Shown one piece after another: positions 17,550-28,079 of a stretch of DNA of 64,000 nt (positions are counted from its first letter, which is position 1; each line of letters opens with the position of its first letter). Made by a program: the position numbers and the translations under genes. Location: IMG/VR virus record IMGVR_UViG_3300032007_000003, positions 120,029-184,028 of that record; one strand, written 5' to 3'. Below the pieces are notes generated by a model. It was not told where the DNA came from. It did no database searches and saw only the letters and a list, made by a program, of their open reading frames with translations. This stretch comes from a virus. Lineage: Duplodnaviria; Heunggongvirae; Uroviricota; Caudoviricetes.

Positions 17550-19064
17550 ATGAAAAAAAACATTGTTATAATACATTATAATACTCCTTTCCTTACTGAA
17601 TGTTTGGTTAGGAGTATTAATTTATTTGTCAAAGATGCAATTATCTATATTCTAGATAACAGTGATGACCAACCATTTACTGCTGATTTTGACAATGTTT
17701 TGCTTATTGATAATACAAAGGGAGAAATAATTGATTTTGATGCATTATTGAAAAAGTATCCAAATAAGAATAAATCTCATGGTAAGGTTAATGGTTGGGG
17801 AAGTGCCAAACATTGTTATAGTGTAGAAAAATGTATGGAAATTATTAAGGATAACTTTATTTTATTGGATTCTGATGTATTATTAAAAAAAGACATATCT
17901 GATTTATTCGATGAGAACAACATTTATGCTGGAGAAATAATCACACAGCCTTCTAGTTCTATAAAAAGGGTTTTACCATTTATAACCTATATAAATACAA
18001 AGATGTGTTTAGAAAACAATGTACATTACTTCGATGATAATTACATGCACGGATTATATAAGAGTAGTGAAGCTGATAAATATGACACTGGTGCTGCACT
18101 ATTTATAAATGCTTCAAAACATAAACACAAAGATATAAAGTATAGTGATTATGTTCTGCATTATGGTCATGGCTCATGGAATAAAAAAGGTTTTAAACCA
18201 GTATGTACTCCAAATGAATGGTTGAATATACATAAAAAGCTTTGGTCAAGTGATAGAAATAAAAGAGTAATATATACGTGTATAACTGGAGGGTATGATA
18301 CAATAATAAATCCTACAGTGATTACTAAAGGTTTTGATTATGTTTGCTTTACTGACAACATAAAGATGGAAAGCAGTGTTTGGGACATAAGACCATTACC
18401 AAAAGAAACTGATGGTTTATCACAAGTTAAAAAACAGAGGTATGTTAAGATTAACCCACATTTGCTATTAAATGATTATGATATTTCAATATGGGTCGAT
18501 GGAAATGTTACAATTAAGAACGATTTAAATGAATTTGTTGATAAATATCTAATGGACAAATATTCGATATATGTACCGAAGCACCCATCTAGAACTTGCA
18601 TATATTCTGAATCAAATGTTGTGGTTGCAATGAAAAAAGACACTAAAGAAAACGTAACACCTCAAATTGAAAGATATAAGAAAGAAGGTTTTCCAAAAGA
18701 TTATGGGTTGTTACAAAGTAATATAATGCTCAGAAAACATAATGAAAAAGATTGTATAAGATTTATGGAACAATGGTTTGAAGAACTTAAGAATGGTTCT
18801 CACAGAGACCAATTATCTTTCAATTATGTAGCATGGAAAAATAATGATATTAAGGTTTTCTATCTCGATAAGACAATATATAAGTCAAAATGGTTCAATT
18901 GGGGAGGTGGACACAAGAAATTTACTAAGACATCTTTAAAAACACCTTTAAATGCAGTGAAACCATTAAAGAATAAAAAATCAAACGATGAGCTTAAAAA
19001 GAATTTTAAAGCCATCATTGAAAATAGAAATAGAATACCAACTTATAAAGTTAATATGTATTAA
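17550..19064 (+). CDS. Two-domain glycosyltransferase: GT-A/GT2-like plus DUF616 (TOD1/MUCI70)-like
   Basis: IVIIHYNTP...ILDN, LLDSDV (DxD), YDTG; second domain VIYTCITGGYD, YVCFTD, SIWVDGN, HRDQLSFNY; ATG at 17550 preferred over TTG at 17532. Confidence 0.8.
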   Translation: MKKNIVIIHYNTPFLTECLVRSINLFVKDAIIYILDNSDDQPFTADFDNVLLIDNTKGEIIDFDALLKKYPNKNKSHGKVNGWGSAKHCYSVEKCMEIIKDNFILLDSDVLLKKDISDLFDENNIYAGEIITQPSSSIKRVLPFITYINTKMCLENNVHYFDDNYMHGLYKSSEADKYDTGAALFINASKHKHKDIKYSDYVLHYGHGSWNKKGFKPVCTPNEWLNIHKKLWSSDRNKRVIYTCITGGYDTIINPTVITKGFDYVCFTDNIKMESSVWDIRPLPKETDGLSQVKKQRYVKINPHLLLNDYDISIWVDGNVTIKNDLNEFVDKYLMDKYSIYVPKHPSRTCIYSESNVVVAMKKDTKENVTPQIERYKKEGFPKDYGLLQSNIMLRKHNEKDCIRFMEQWFEELKNGSHRDQLSFNYVAWKNNDIKVFYLDKTIYKSKWFNWGGGHKKFTKTSLKTPLNAVKPLKNKKSNDELKKNFKAIIENRNRIPTYKVNMY

Positions 19065-19068
19065 TGTT

Positions 19069-19398
19069 ATGATTACAGTTAAGAATTTAATGACAATAGA
19101 GAGAATTCTATTGGAAATTTACACAAAACATAAGTTTGAACTAGAATTTAATTCAGCTTTTAAGTTATACAACCATCTTAGAATTATTGGTAGAATAACA
19201 AATTATTCTTTCCAAATACAAGATGAATTCATTCAATCAACCTCAGACAAGGAAAAAATGAAAGATTTCCACGAAAAGGTGTTGAATGGAGAGGTTGAAT
19301 ATGATTGGGTTAATGCTGCGTCATTTATTGGTGAACTTATGGAGGAACTTAAGAATGAAGATGTTAATGAAATGGTTAACAAACTGAAGTTTTGGTAA
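19069..19398 (+). CDS. Hypothetical protein
   Basis: Same frame as ORF 18988; ATG at 19069 just after the glycosyltransferase stop. Confidence 0.6.
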   Translation: MITVKNLMTIERILLEIYTKHKFELEFNSAFKLYNHLRIIGRITNYSFQIQDEFIQSTSDKEKMKDFHEKVLNGEVEYDWVNAASFIGELMEELKNEDVNEMVNKLKFW

Positions 19399-19409
19399 AT
19401 AAATGTTAA

Positions 19410-19459
19410 AATTGGATTGATTATTTGGTCAGTTCAATTTTTTTTCGTACCTTTACAGC
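19410..19459 (+). promoter_or_regulatory. Terminator/promoter fusion cassette 2
   Basis: ATTGGATTGATTA-TT-TGGTCAGTTCAAT plus T-run; TTTG (19424) N20 TACCTTTAC (19448). Confidence 0.75.
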
Positions 19460-19481
19460 AAAATTTCAAAAGTTAATCAAT

Positions 19482-19877
19482 ATGAGTGCAACATTAATTA
19501 CATTTATCATTATTGCATGTATTGCAGCAGTAGTGATTATCAATCGTATCTTCATCAAGGAAGAGGAACTGATTAAAAAGGCAGAGAAGAATTGGTTCTA
19601 TCACACTCTCGCAAAAATGACTTGTCCCAAGTATAATGGGTACTACATGAACATTTCGGAGATACTTAGCGAGGAGAGGTTTTTAGAACCATCTGAGTAT
19701 GAAACACATTCGGTTGGCAGTTATCTCAAGATGCGCAAGGAACTGAAGGGTATTCTTGCTACCGCTGGGAATTTTCATGGCTACAAGCTGAATTTCAACT
19801 TTGGTGAGATTAGCACTGGACTTGCTGTAATGGTTTTGTTTGGTATTGTCGTAACATTAGGTGTGATTTATGGATAG
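19482..19877 (+). CDS. Hypothetical membrane protein with N- and C-terminal TM helices
   Basis: ATG at 19482 downstream of cassette 2. Confidence 0.65.
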   Translation: MSATLITFIIIACIAAVVIINRIFIKEEELIKKAEKNWFYHTLAKMTCPKYNGYYMNISEILSEERFLEPSEYETHSVGSYLKMRKELKGILATAGNFHGYKLNFNFGEISTGLAVMVLFGIVVTLGVIYG

Positions 19878-20226
19878 AGAGGAAGAAATTCTTAGCCTTA
19901 TTGAGAAGAAAAAGGAATTACTCAAGAAGACGGAAAATGAACTCCGTTCACTTGATTTTGAACTCCATGAAATAGAGAAGGAGAAAGTCTTAAAGAAATT
20001 TAGCATTGGTGATATTATCATGCATCGTGAAAAGTATCTTTTCAGACTTGATGAAGTTCAAGTGTGCGGTGGTTTTGCTGCAAGTAAACAGTTGATACTA
20101 GTTAACTTTGAAGGTGGTAGTAAATATGACATACCGCAACCTATTTGTAGACTCTGGACTTTATTAGAGTTTGGTAGACTTGCTAATAGTGAGGAAATTG
20201 AACGTTTTAAAAAAGAGTTTGAATAA
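19870..20226 (+). CDS. Hypothetical protein with coiled-coil N-terminus
   Basis: ORF track; overlaps the upstream gene. Confidence 0.65.
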   Translation: MDREEEILSLIEKKKELLKKTENELRSLDFELHEIEKEKVLKKFSIGDIIMHREKYLFRLDEVQVCGGFAASKQLILVNFEGGSKYDIPQPICRLWTLLEFGRLANSEEIERFKKEFE

Positions 20227-20233
20227 GTAACGA

Positions 20234-20273
20234 TAAAAAAGCGAGATTCTTTCGAGTCTCGCTTTCTTTTTTT
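20234..20273. terminator. Bidirectional intrinsic terminator
   Basis: AAAAAAGCGAGATTC-TTC-GAGTCTCGCTTTCTTTTT between convergent genes. Confidence 0.75.
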
Positions 20274-20274
20274 G

Positions 20275-21048
20275 TTAAACATCAATATAAGTCGTTCTTT
20301 TATCTTCTTTATCCCAATATCTGATTATATAGTTGATGATTTTTGTTGTATCGTTTATGTTTTCTGCCTCGCATACAATTTCACTTGAGAATGATAATTC
20401 CCCAAATCGTTTCTTATTCATAAATCCCAACACAGCAACGTAGGCATCACAAGCATCAAAGTTTTCCTTCTTAAGTTCACCGTTCCTATTGTAAAGCCAC
20501 TCAATATCAGGGAAAACATCTGCCACCTTGCCTTGGATAACAGTTTTCTTATCGATAGTCCAAGGATAACCACCAAACAATACTAGTTTACAATCCTTAA
20601 TTTCCTTATGAATCTTTGAGAATTCATATTGTTTTTCATCCTTACCATATTTTCTTATTGACATAAGTTCTGGAAATGAATACTCTCTAGCATCGTATGA
20701 TGATATGTAGTTTGGAACAATGCCTAGAATGTTATAAACGCAGTCTGAGACCATTCCATTGAAGCGTAGAAGGGTTGATACAGTTAAAACATTGTTACTT
20801 CTCATTAATGGCTCTTCAATTATAACTTCATCGACACCAAAGTCTTTATATTTTAGAACAAATTCTTCAAATATCTTTTTTTTCAAAAATAGTTGTTCTA
20901 TTCCCTTTATTTTACTTGAAACTTTAGGACTGATGTGGGTAAGTTCAATTACTTTACCATATTCAGAGCCATCATCTTCAAGTAGACATATACCAATACA
21001 CTGGGTGGATATATCAAGACCCATTAAAATTGGATGATTGTTTCTCAT
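20275..21048 (-). CDS. RuvC-like Holliday junction resolvase
   Basis: ILMGLDISTQCIG; VIIEEP; FDACDAY acidic active-site pattern. Confidence 0.8.
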   Translation of the reverse strand: MRNNHPILMGLDISTQCIGICLLEDDGSEYGKVIELTHISPKVSSKIKGIEQLFLKKKIFEEFVLKYKDFGVDEVIIEEPLMRSNNVLTVSTLLRFNGMVSDCVYNILGIVPNYISSYDAREYSFPELMSIRKYGKDEKQYEFSKIHKEIKDCKLVLFGGYPWTIDKKTVIQGKVADVFPDIEWLYNRNGELKKENFDACDAYVAVLGFMNKKRFGELSFSSEIVCEAENINDTTKIINYIIRYWDKEDKRTTYIDV

Positions 21049-21976
21049 TTATAATTTCTTTTAATAACTCTTCTTTATTTTCGTAAACTTTGTAAGGATA
21101 TTTAATTTCTAAATTACTATAGTAAAGTAGTTTAATATTGTTATTCTCACAAAGATTTAATTTTCTATTATCTCGTTTAACAGTTTCAATGTATTTCTTA
21201 GTACCACCAAAAAACTTAATTTCTTTAAAATGTTCTATCCCTTGGCATTCAATTGCTATGTTATATTCAGGCAGATAAAAGTCTAAACTTAATCTTTTTA
21301 GCCAAGGAAAGTCTTTTTTATTTGCTTGATGAATATATTCTATTTTATTATCATCTAACAACTTAATTATTTCTAATTCTAATTTACTACAAGAACATTT
21401 AGGACATCCGTGATTTAAAAGATGTACGTTTGGTTTTTGCCAAAATTCACCATGTTTAGGACAAATTATGCAAACTTCTGTGTGATTATTAATGTAATCT
21501 ACTTTAGAATAATCATATTTATTACCATGAATTTTTTCTGCTATTGATATGAAATATTCATTATTTTTCCTTTTTACAATACTATTATTTTCATTTGCGC
21601 ACTTTGGACATCCTTGTCCAGTTGAGTGATTTATGCAAGCTTGCATAAATGTTCCGTGTATTGGACATACTATATTTAGTTTTGTATTTGAAGTAAGTTT
21701 TTTAGTGCTATCTATACTGTAGATATACTTTTCTCCGTGTGTTCTTTTAAATTTATCAAGCCACTCCTCATTACTGTGTAAAACTCCACCATTACATTTT
21801 GTACACCCTCTACCTTTTGTGTGGTCTTGAGGTGCTTGCCAAAATTCGCCATGAATGGGGCATACAATACACACCTTAGTTTTGTTATTTATATAATCTA
21901 CTTTTGAGTAGTCGTATTTACCATTATGAACTTTAGTAGATTCTTCTATAAACTCTTCTTTTGTTTTCTTCTTCAT
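21014..21976 (-). mobile_element. Free-standing homing endonuclease: three CPxHG zinc repeats plus PD-(D/E)xK nuclease
   Basis: Paralog of 14297..15694; LDFYLPEYNIAIECQGIEH. Confidence 0.8.
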
Positions 21977-22049
21977 AGTGAAAAATAATAAATAATATAT
22001 TAAAATAATAATATAATATATTACATTATTAAAGATTTTTTAATAAAAA

Positions 22050-22083
22050 TTTGTTTTTTTAACTTTTTTTATATATCTTTGCA
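22050..22083 (+). promoter_or_regulatory. Bacteroidetes-type promoter
   Basis: TTTG (22050) N20 TATCTTTGCA (22074). Confidence 0.75.
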
Positions 22084-22098
22084 TTAAAGACTAATTTA

Positions 22099-22446
22099 AT
22101 GAGCAGATTATATATAAATCCTACACTAGAGAAACAAATTCGTCAATATTGTCAACTCAATGATATTGAGGATATTAACGCTTTTGCTAACAGGTGTGTA
22201 AATCAAGGATTCAATATTATCAAGTTTGGTACTTCACCAAAGGATAATTTTGAGAGAGAAACTAAAGGAATAAAAGACATCAAGAAGACTAATGGAAAAA
22301 AAGAAGTTGACATTAAAAAAGTGGAAGAACAACCCACAATTGAAAGAGAAGAATCAACCGCAGTTAAAAAAGAAGAAAGCAAACCAACTGAAGAAAGAAA
22401 AGAAGGGATAATAGTTCGAAAAATTCAAATTATTAAAAAGAAATGA
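22099..22446 (+). CDS. Hypothetical protein
   Basis: ORF track; first gene of the Rad50/sigma unit. Confidence 0.65.
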   Translation: MSRLYINPTLEKQIRQYCQLNDIEDINAFANRCVNQGFNIIKFGTSPKDNFERETKGIKDIKKTNGKKEVDIKKVEEQPTIEREESTAVKKEESKPTEERKEGIIVRKIQIIKKK

Positions 22447-24812
22447 TAGATGTAAAAAGTAAGGGTAGAATCAATGTACATTGGAATGTATCACCTTATG
22501 ACTATAATAAGGAAAAGGAGAAATCAATAATTGCAAAGTTCAGTAAAAAATACAGTTTACCAAAGGAAAGAATTAAGGTAATACCAGAATTTTTAATGGT
22601 TGATGATGAAGGTAAAGAGATTTCTCTCAATGCTGATGTGATACAGAATGTTCAAGACCCACAATTTCAAATTAAGCTATTCGAATCGTATCTTAAGACA
22701 AAGAATATTGCAAATTATGACTTTGACCTAATAAAGAAGATAGATGCAGATATTAATGGAAAAATCGATTATCAAGTATACGACAAGTACAGAAGGTATT
22801 CTATCAAATGGATACGCTGGAGTAACTTCCTAAGTTATGGCTCTGATAATTATTTTGATTTTACAAACATTCATGGATTAACATCATTAAGTGGTGAAAA
22901 TCAGAGTGGTAAAACAACATTATCAATTGACTTGATTCATTTCTTGCTGTTTGGTAAGACTGAAAAGGTTGCAACTCAAGATAAAATATTTAACAAACAC
23001 TTACCAAAAGAAACAAATGTTATTGTTGAAGGATGTATAACTATTGATGGTGTGGATTATGTTATTAAGAGGACATTATCAAGACCATCATTGGATAGAA
23101 GAAGTGATAAGAGTAAGACAACTCAGAAGGTTGAATATTATAAGATTATAGGTGATTCCAAGGAGGAACTTGAAGATTATGATGTAGAGAATCAACAAGA
23201 GGAAAATGGTGTTCAAACCAACAAAGCCATTAAGGATGCAATTGGTATTGAAAGTGACTTTGATTTGATTATGTCGGTTACAGAGTCAACTCTAGATGAC
23301 CTTGTGAATAAGAAAGAGGCTGATAGAGGAAGACTTTTATCAAGATGGATAGGATTGTTACCACTTGAAGAAAAAGACAAGCTAGCAAGGGAAAAATTCA
23401 ATTCTGAAATCAAACCAATGTTGTTATCCAATAGGTATAACGAGGAAACAATGCTTCAAGAGATTGAGGCATTTGAGTTACAGAAAAAGACTTTGACTGA
23501 GGAAATAGAGAAATTAAATAAAGAAAATAAAGCCTTAGATAAAGAAATAACAACTTTAGAAAAGAATAAGGAAACATTATTAGCTTCAAAGTCTATAATT
23601 GACAATAGCATTCTTAAGATTGATGTTACTACATTAAATAAAAAGATAGAAGATAGTATATTTAATGGTAAGAAAAAGAAAGAAGAAATTGAAGATATTA
23701 GTAAGGAACTCAGTAGAATTGGAGATATTGAATTCTCTGTTGAGGAATATGACACTACTCAAGCAGAACTGACAAAACTTACTGGTGAAATTGCTGTTAT
23801 GAGGGAAAGGTATAAGAATACCGAGCATAATATACAGCATCTTAAATCAAGCGAGATTTGTCCTACTTGTGGAAGAAAATTAGAAAATGTAGACAATTCA
23901 GCAAAGATAAACGAATTTACAAAGGAACTTGAGAAACTTGCTATTGACGGTAAGAAAAAAAGTGAATTAAAGGTGAAGTTAACAACTAAGATTGAACAAC
24001 TCAAGGCTGATAGGGAAAAATACAATAGAAAATCGAATCTGACTGTTAAGAAAGCAGCATTGGAAGTTAATGTTGAAAAGTTACGTGCAGAGTATCAAGA
24101 ATACAAGGCAACGAAAACAGAATATGATAAAAATAGCGAAGCAATTGATAAAAATAACGCAATAGATATTCAGATTCGTAATAATGATGTATTTATACGA
24201 GATAAGAGAAATACCAAAGATACCAATACAAATATAGTTACGAGGAATGAGACTGAGATAAAAAACTATAATAGACAAGTAGAGGATAGAAGAGAGGTAA
24301 TTAAGAAGTTACAAGAAGAGGAAAAACTTGTTAGAAACTGGAAGATTTATCTCGAACTTGTTGGTAAGGATGGTATTTCAAAGATGGTTCTAAGAAAGAC
24401 ATTACCAATAATCAACGCAAAGTTATCTAAGTTATTGAATGATGTATGTGACTTTGATGTTGAGGTAGCAATAAACCAGAAGAATGATGTGATGTTCTAT
24501 CTAATTAAGGATGGTGTCTATTCAGACTTGAGTAGTGGTAGTGGATTTGAGCTTACAGCTAGTGGCATTGCATTAAGAACTGTTCTTTCAGAACTTTCAA
24601 CAATACCAGTTTCAAATATACTAACATATGATGAGGTATGGGGACGTGTAGCGAAAGCTAATTATGAGAATATGAAGAATCTTATTGAGAAGGTTGCAAA
24701 ACAATATGAGGCAGTTTTCTTGATAAGTCACTCAGACGAGGTACGTGATTGGTGTGATTGTCATGTATCTGTTGTAAAGGAAAATAACATTTCAAAGGTT
24801 GTTTTGAAATGA
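22443..24812 (+). CDS. SbcC/Rad50 (T4 gp46-like) ATPase with ~115-aa N-terminal extension
   Basis: NFLSYG; Walker A GENQSGKTT; coiled coil with CPTCG zinc hook; signature LSSGSGFE; Walker B TYDEV; ISH. Confidence 0.88.
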   Translation: MIDVKSKGRINVHWNVSPYDYNKEKEKSIIAKFSKKYSLPKERIKVIPEFLMVDDEGKEISLNADVIQNVQDPQFQIKLFESYLKTKNIANYDFDLIKKIDADINGKIDYQVYDKYRRYSIKWIRWSNFLSYGSDNYFDFTNIHGLTSLSGENQSGKTTLSIDLIHFLLFGKTEKVATQDKIFNKHLPKETNVIVEGCITIDGVDYVIKRTLSRPSLDRRSDKSKTTQKVEYYKIIGDSKEELEDYDVENQQEENGVQTNKAIKDAIGIESDFDLIMSVTESTLDDLVNKKEADRGRLLSRWIGLLPLEEKDKLAREKFNSEIKPMLLSNRYNEETMLQEIEAFELQKKTLTEEIEKLNKENKALDKEITTLEKNKETLLASKSIIDNSILKIDVTTLNKKIEDSIFNGKKKKEEIEDISKELSRIGDIEFSVEEYDTTQAELTKLTGEIAVMRERYKNTEHNIQHLKSSEICPTCGRKLENVDNSAKINEFTKELEKLAIDGKKKSELKVKLTTKIEQLKADREKYNRKSNLTVKKAALEVNVEKLRAEYQEYKATKTEYDKNSEAIDKNNAIDIQIRNNDVFIRDKRNTKDTNTNIVTRNETEIKNYNRQVEDRREVIKKLQEEEKLVRNWKIYLELVGKDGISKMVLRKTLPIINAKLSKLLNDVCDFDVEVAINQKNDVMFYLIKDGVYSDLSSGSGFELTASGIALRTVLSELSTIPVSNILTYDEVWGRVAKANYENMKNLIEKVAKQYEAVFLISHSDEVRDWCDCHVSVVKENNISKVVLK

Positions 24813-24829
24813 GTGTTTAACCAATCGAT

Positions 24830-25555
24830 ATGAATCAATATGTAAATGACTTTAATAGAACAACACAAGTCTATTATAATGATTTAAAGAAATATAAACC
24901 ATTAACAAAGGCTAAAGAAAAAAGATTGCTTAAATTATCAAGAAAGGGTAATTTGAAAGCGAAGAATGAATTATTGGAAGCGAATTTAAAGTTTGTATTC
25001 GACATTGCTAAACATTATACTGGTCGTGGTCTTTCAATTTCAGAGTTAATTTCTGAGGGAAATATGGGATTATTGAAAGCAGTTGAAAAGTTTGATGAAG
25101 AAAAGGACGTTAAGTTTATTTCTTATGCCGTATGGTGGATAAAACAAGGTATGTTGGAAGCCATAAAGAAAAAGCGATTAATTACATTAGTCGAAATTGA
25201 CCCAACAGAGTCTAATGATAACATTTTTGAATGTAAGATAGCTGATTCCGAAGATGAAACAATGGGGGGTGTGAGTGATATTGGTTTCTCGAATGAATCT
25301 GAAGAACACAAGAAAGAGTTGAGTGCTAACCAAAGGGAAGTCATTGGAAAACTATTAAATTCCTTAAATTCAAGAGAAAAGGAGATTATTGAACATTATT
25401 ATGGGCTTAGTAATAAGAGAGAATTAACATTAAATGAGATTGGTAAAAAATATAATCTCAGTTCTGAAAGAGTGAGACAAGTTAAATTAACAGCCATAAG
25501 AAAACTTCGTTCATCAATGATGATGTATGATGATATGGAAGAATTGTTAGGTTAA
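24830..25555 (+). CDS. Phage RNA polymerase sigma-70 family factor
   Basis: Region 2 ANLKFVFDIAKHY...ELISEGNMGLLKAVEKFD...KFISYAVWWIKQ; region 4 TLNEIGKKYNLSSERVRQV. Confidence 0.92.
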   Translation: MNQYVNDFNRTTQVYYNDLKKYKPLTKAKEKRLLKLSRKGNLKAKNELLEANLKFVFDIAKHYTGRGLSISELISEGNMGLLKAVEKFDEEKDVKFISYAVWWIKQGMLEAIKKKRLITLVEIDPTESNDNIFECKIADSEDETMGGVSDIGFSNESEEHKKELSANQREVIGKLLNSLNSREKEIIEHYYGLSNKRELTLNEIGKKYNLSSERVRQVKLTAIRKLRSSMMMYDDMEELLG

Positions 25556-25581
25556 TAATATTTATATATAATAAAACAACT

Positions 25582-26004
25582 ATGGGAAAGAAAGAAACGT
25601 CAAAAAAAACAACTAAGAAAAAGACAACCAAGAAGAGTGTTATAAAAGAAGTTGCGGATAAGATAATTGAATCACAAGAGGTTAAGATGGATTTGATTGA
25701 AGAAGACCCACCAATTGACCAAGAACTTTTAGAAGAAGTATTAAGTGTTGGTGGTGAAATCATTGAGAAGAAGGAACTTGAATATGAACCAACACAAGAA
25801 AAAATTGAAAAGACTATAGAGTTTATGAATGGAGACCCAAGTGTTATTATTCCTTCAAATGATATTCAACTTAAAAAGGCTGAAACAATTGAAGAGGCGG
25901 CATTCAAGGATACATTTAAGAATGTTAAAATAGAAAATAAGAGGAATAGCAGAATTGACAGAACATTTGGCTATTCTTGGAACGGAACAGAAATAGATTA
26001 TTAA
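25582..26004 (+). CDS. Hypothetical late protein with K/T-rich N-terminus
   Basis: ORF track; TATTTATA at 25559. Confidence 0.65.
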   Translation: MGKKETSKKTTKKKTTKKSVIKEVADKIIESQEVKMDLIEEDPPIDQELLEEVLSVGGEIIEKKELEYEPTQEKIEKTIEFMNGDPSVIIPSNDIQLKKAETIEEAAFKDTFKNVKIENKRNSRIDRTFGYSWNGTEIDY

Positions 26005-26009
26005 TCAAA

Positions 26010-26585
26010 ATGAGCGAGAACAGTATGACAAGAAAAATGCTCGATACTTTGAGAAGAGGAAGAATTGAGCAAGCAAAATGGGCAGCAGAGCAGTTTGTTA
26101 ATGAAGCAAAGGAAGAGGACAATTTCATTACAAGAGCTAAAATTTTAATGGAAGAGGCTATTGACGATAGTAAAAAAAAAATCTTAACTGAGGAAGAAGA
26201 GGTTGATGATAACCATAAGGATTCTTTCGAGATTAATAAGGGAACTCCACAATTCGGTGATGTAAGAGTATCACAAGAGGAAGCTATCAGAAAAGCCATT
26301 AACAATAATGTACAATTCTCAGATAATGCTTTGAAGTACTATCCAAAAGCTGATGATATGACATTGGATGGCAAGATACCTTCATTAAATCTCGATTTTC
26401 AGTTTAGATATAATGACCCAAGTGGTGATGGTTGTTATGTTTGGACTGATGCAATGCAGCTTACAGATACCAATGCAAGAACATTGGGAAAAATTAGGGA
26501 TGCATTCTCAAATTGGAAGGATTCAATCACACAAGATGGAGACCTTATGGAGAAGTTAAAGAAAGCAGCAGAAAATAAAGATTAA
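26010..26585 (+). CDS. Hypothetical late/virion protein
   Basis: ATG at 26010 in the frame of ORF 25977; VNE and ILTE sites. Confidence 0.65.
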   Translation: MSENSMTRKMLDTLRRGRIEQAKWAAEQFVNEAKEEDNFITRAKILMEEAIDDSKKKILTEEEEVDDNHKDSFEINKGTPQFGDVRVSQEEAIRKAINNNVQFSDNALKYYPKADDMTLDGKIPSLNLDFQFRYNDPSGDGCYVWTDAMQLTDTNARTLGKIRDAFSNWKDSITQDGDLMEKLKKAAENKD

Positions 26586-26596
26586 TAATTGTTAAA

Positions 26597-26645
26597 AATT
26601 GGATTGATGTTTGGTCAGTTCAATTTTTTTTTGTATATTTACACC
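26597..26645 (+). promoter_or_regulatory. Terminator/promoter fusion cassette 3
   Basis: ATTGGATTGAT-GTTT-GGTCAGTTCAAT plus T-run; TTTG (26610) N20 TATATTTAC (26634). Confidence 0.75.
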
Positions 26646-26665
26646 ATGAATAAAATAATAGAATT

Positions 26666-27412
26666 ATGAGCGAGAAAGATAAAGAAGAGAGGGTAAAAAA
26701 GGTATTAACTCTTTCAAATGAAGAAGTAGATGCTTGGTGGGAAGACAAGTTTAAGGAGTCTCTTAGAAAGAAACATGATGAGGTAAAGGAGCACCCATTT
26801 TGGCGTACCCTTTCAAATGATTTCCATGTTGATTGCATGGATAAAATGCGAGACATGCTTAATGAGTTCATTGAGTTTTTTAACAAGGATACTATTGAAA
26901 GATGTCCTCAAGCCTTAATTATGCTTGAACTGATGCATAACATTTTTGATTCAATGTTAAAGGCAAAGATTATGCCAAAGTATCACCATAAGACAATTAT
27001 GGAAACAAAGGCATTTGGCAATTATATTCTTTGTCTTCAGACAGCGTTGCAGTTGGTACACTATTACCTCGATAACATTTACAGTGAGAGGGATGTCGTA
27101 GGTTATGACCCACATCTTAACTGGAATGATGAGGAGGAAACTTATGACTCTTGCCCATATACCAAATATACAGCTTTGGAAAATGGTGATGGGACATACA
27201 GATTAGTCCAAATTATCGATAAGGATGAAGTGGATAAATTTGCTGAATGGGAAAAGGAAGCTGCCACTGAATATGCTAAGATAGCAAAAGATTTCGCTGA
27301 ACGTGGATTTAAGGACTATGCCGAATATAACATTAAGAAAGCTGAATATTATAAGGAGAAATATGAAGATTTGATTGACAACAAGGAGAAACATTTTATC
27401 ATCAAAAAATAA
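26666..27412 (+). CDS. Hypothetical early protein
   Basis: ORF track; follows cassette 3. Confidence 0.7.
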   Translation: MSEKDKEERVKKVLTLSNEEVDAWWEDKFKESLRKKHDEVKEHPFWRTLSNDFHVDCMDKMRDMLNEFIEFFNKDTIERCPQALIMLELMHNIFDSMLKAKIMPKYHHKTIMETKAFGNYILCLQTALQLVHYYLDNIYSERDVVGYDPHLNWNDEEETYDSCPYTKYTALENGDGTYRLVQIIDKDEVDKFAEWEKEAATEYAKIAKDFAERGFKDYAEYNIKKAEYYKEKYEDLIDNKEKHFIIKK

Positions 27413-27807
27413 TGAACAAATTATCAGTTAAACATTTTAATTTCAAAACTACATACCGTTTGGAGAATGAGGATGGGACTTTGTTAACTAGATTGGAAAT
27501 CGATAGACTATACATGGAGAAATCTCGAAAAGAACGTTTAGGTTTCCCAATCGATGAAAGCGTTTATTATCTCTGTGACTTTGTTACCCCACGAGAACAC
27601 AAGCGCAAGGGTTATGGTAGAGAGCTACTTAACCGAATAAAGGAAGAAACAAAGGGACAGTTCATCTACTTAATTGTTCATTCATCAAATGAGGAAGCTT
27701 TTCCAGATGATAAGTTGGTTGAATTTTACAAGTCAGTCGGATTTAAGGTTCATAAGCAGAAGGATGAATACAAGTATTACACTTGGATGGTATTAGATAA
27801 CAGATAA
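27412..27807 (+). CDS. GNAT-family acetyltransferase
   Basis: Acetyl-CoA motif HKRKGYGRELL; LVEFYKSVGF. Confidence 0.82.
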   Translation: MNKLSVKHFNFKTTYRLENEDGTLLTRLEIDRLYMEKSRKERLGFPIDESVYYLCDFVTPREHKRKGYGRELLNRIKEETKGQFIYLIVHSSNEEAFPDDKLVEFYKSVGFKVHKQKDEYKYYTWMVLDNR

Positions 27808-27835
27808 AGGGTGCTAGAAATAGCATCCTTTTTTT
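27806..27835 (+). terminator. Intrinsic terminator
   Basis: AAGGGTGCTA-GAAA-TAGCATCCTTTTTTT. Confidence 0.75.
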
Positions 27836-27869
27836 GTTATTATGATATTTATATAAAAAATAATGTTAT

Positions 27870-28079
27870 ATGATTTCAGAGAGCAGAATAAGAGAGATTA
27901 TCAATGAGGAAATAAGCAAGACTGAGGTTGAATCGATTGTATCCAACCGTCTATCTTCTGCCTATAATTCAAGGGACTTTAAGAAAGCGGTTAAGGATAT
28001 AACGGCAGATGTAATTGAAGACTTATTCCGCACCTTGTGGAATCGTAGCAGCACATGGAAGGGAGGAGTTACTAGATGA
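27870..28079 (+). CDS. Small late protein with tag-like N-terminus (MISESRIREIINEE)
   Basis: TATTTATA at 27846. Confidence 0.65.
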   Translation: MISESRIREIINEEISKTEVESIVSNRLSSAYNSRDFKKAVKDITADVIEDLFRTLWNRSSTWKGGVTR

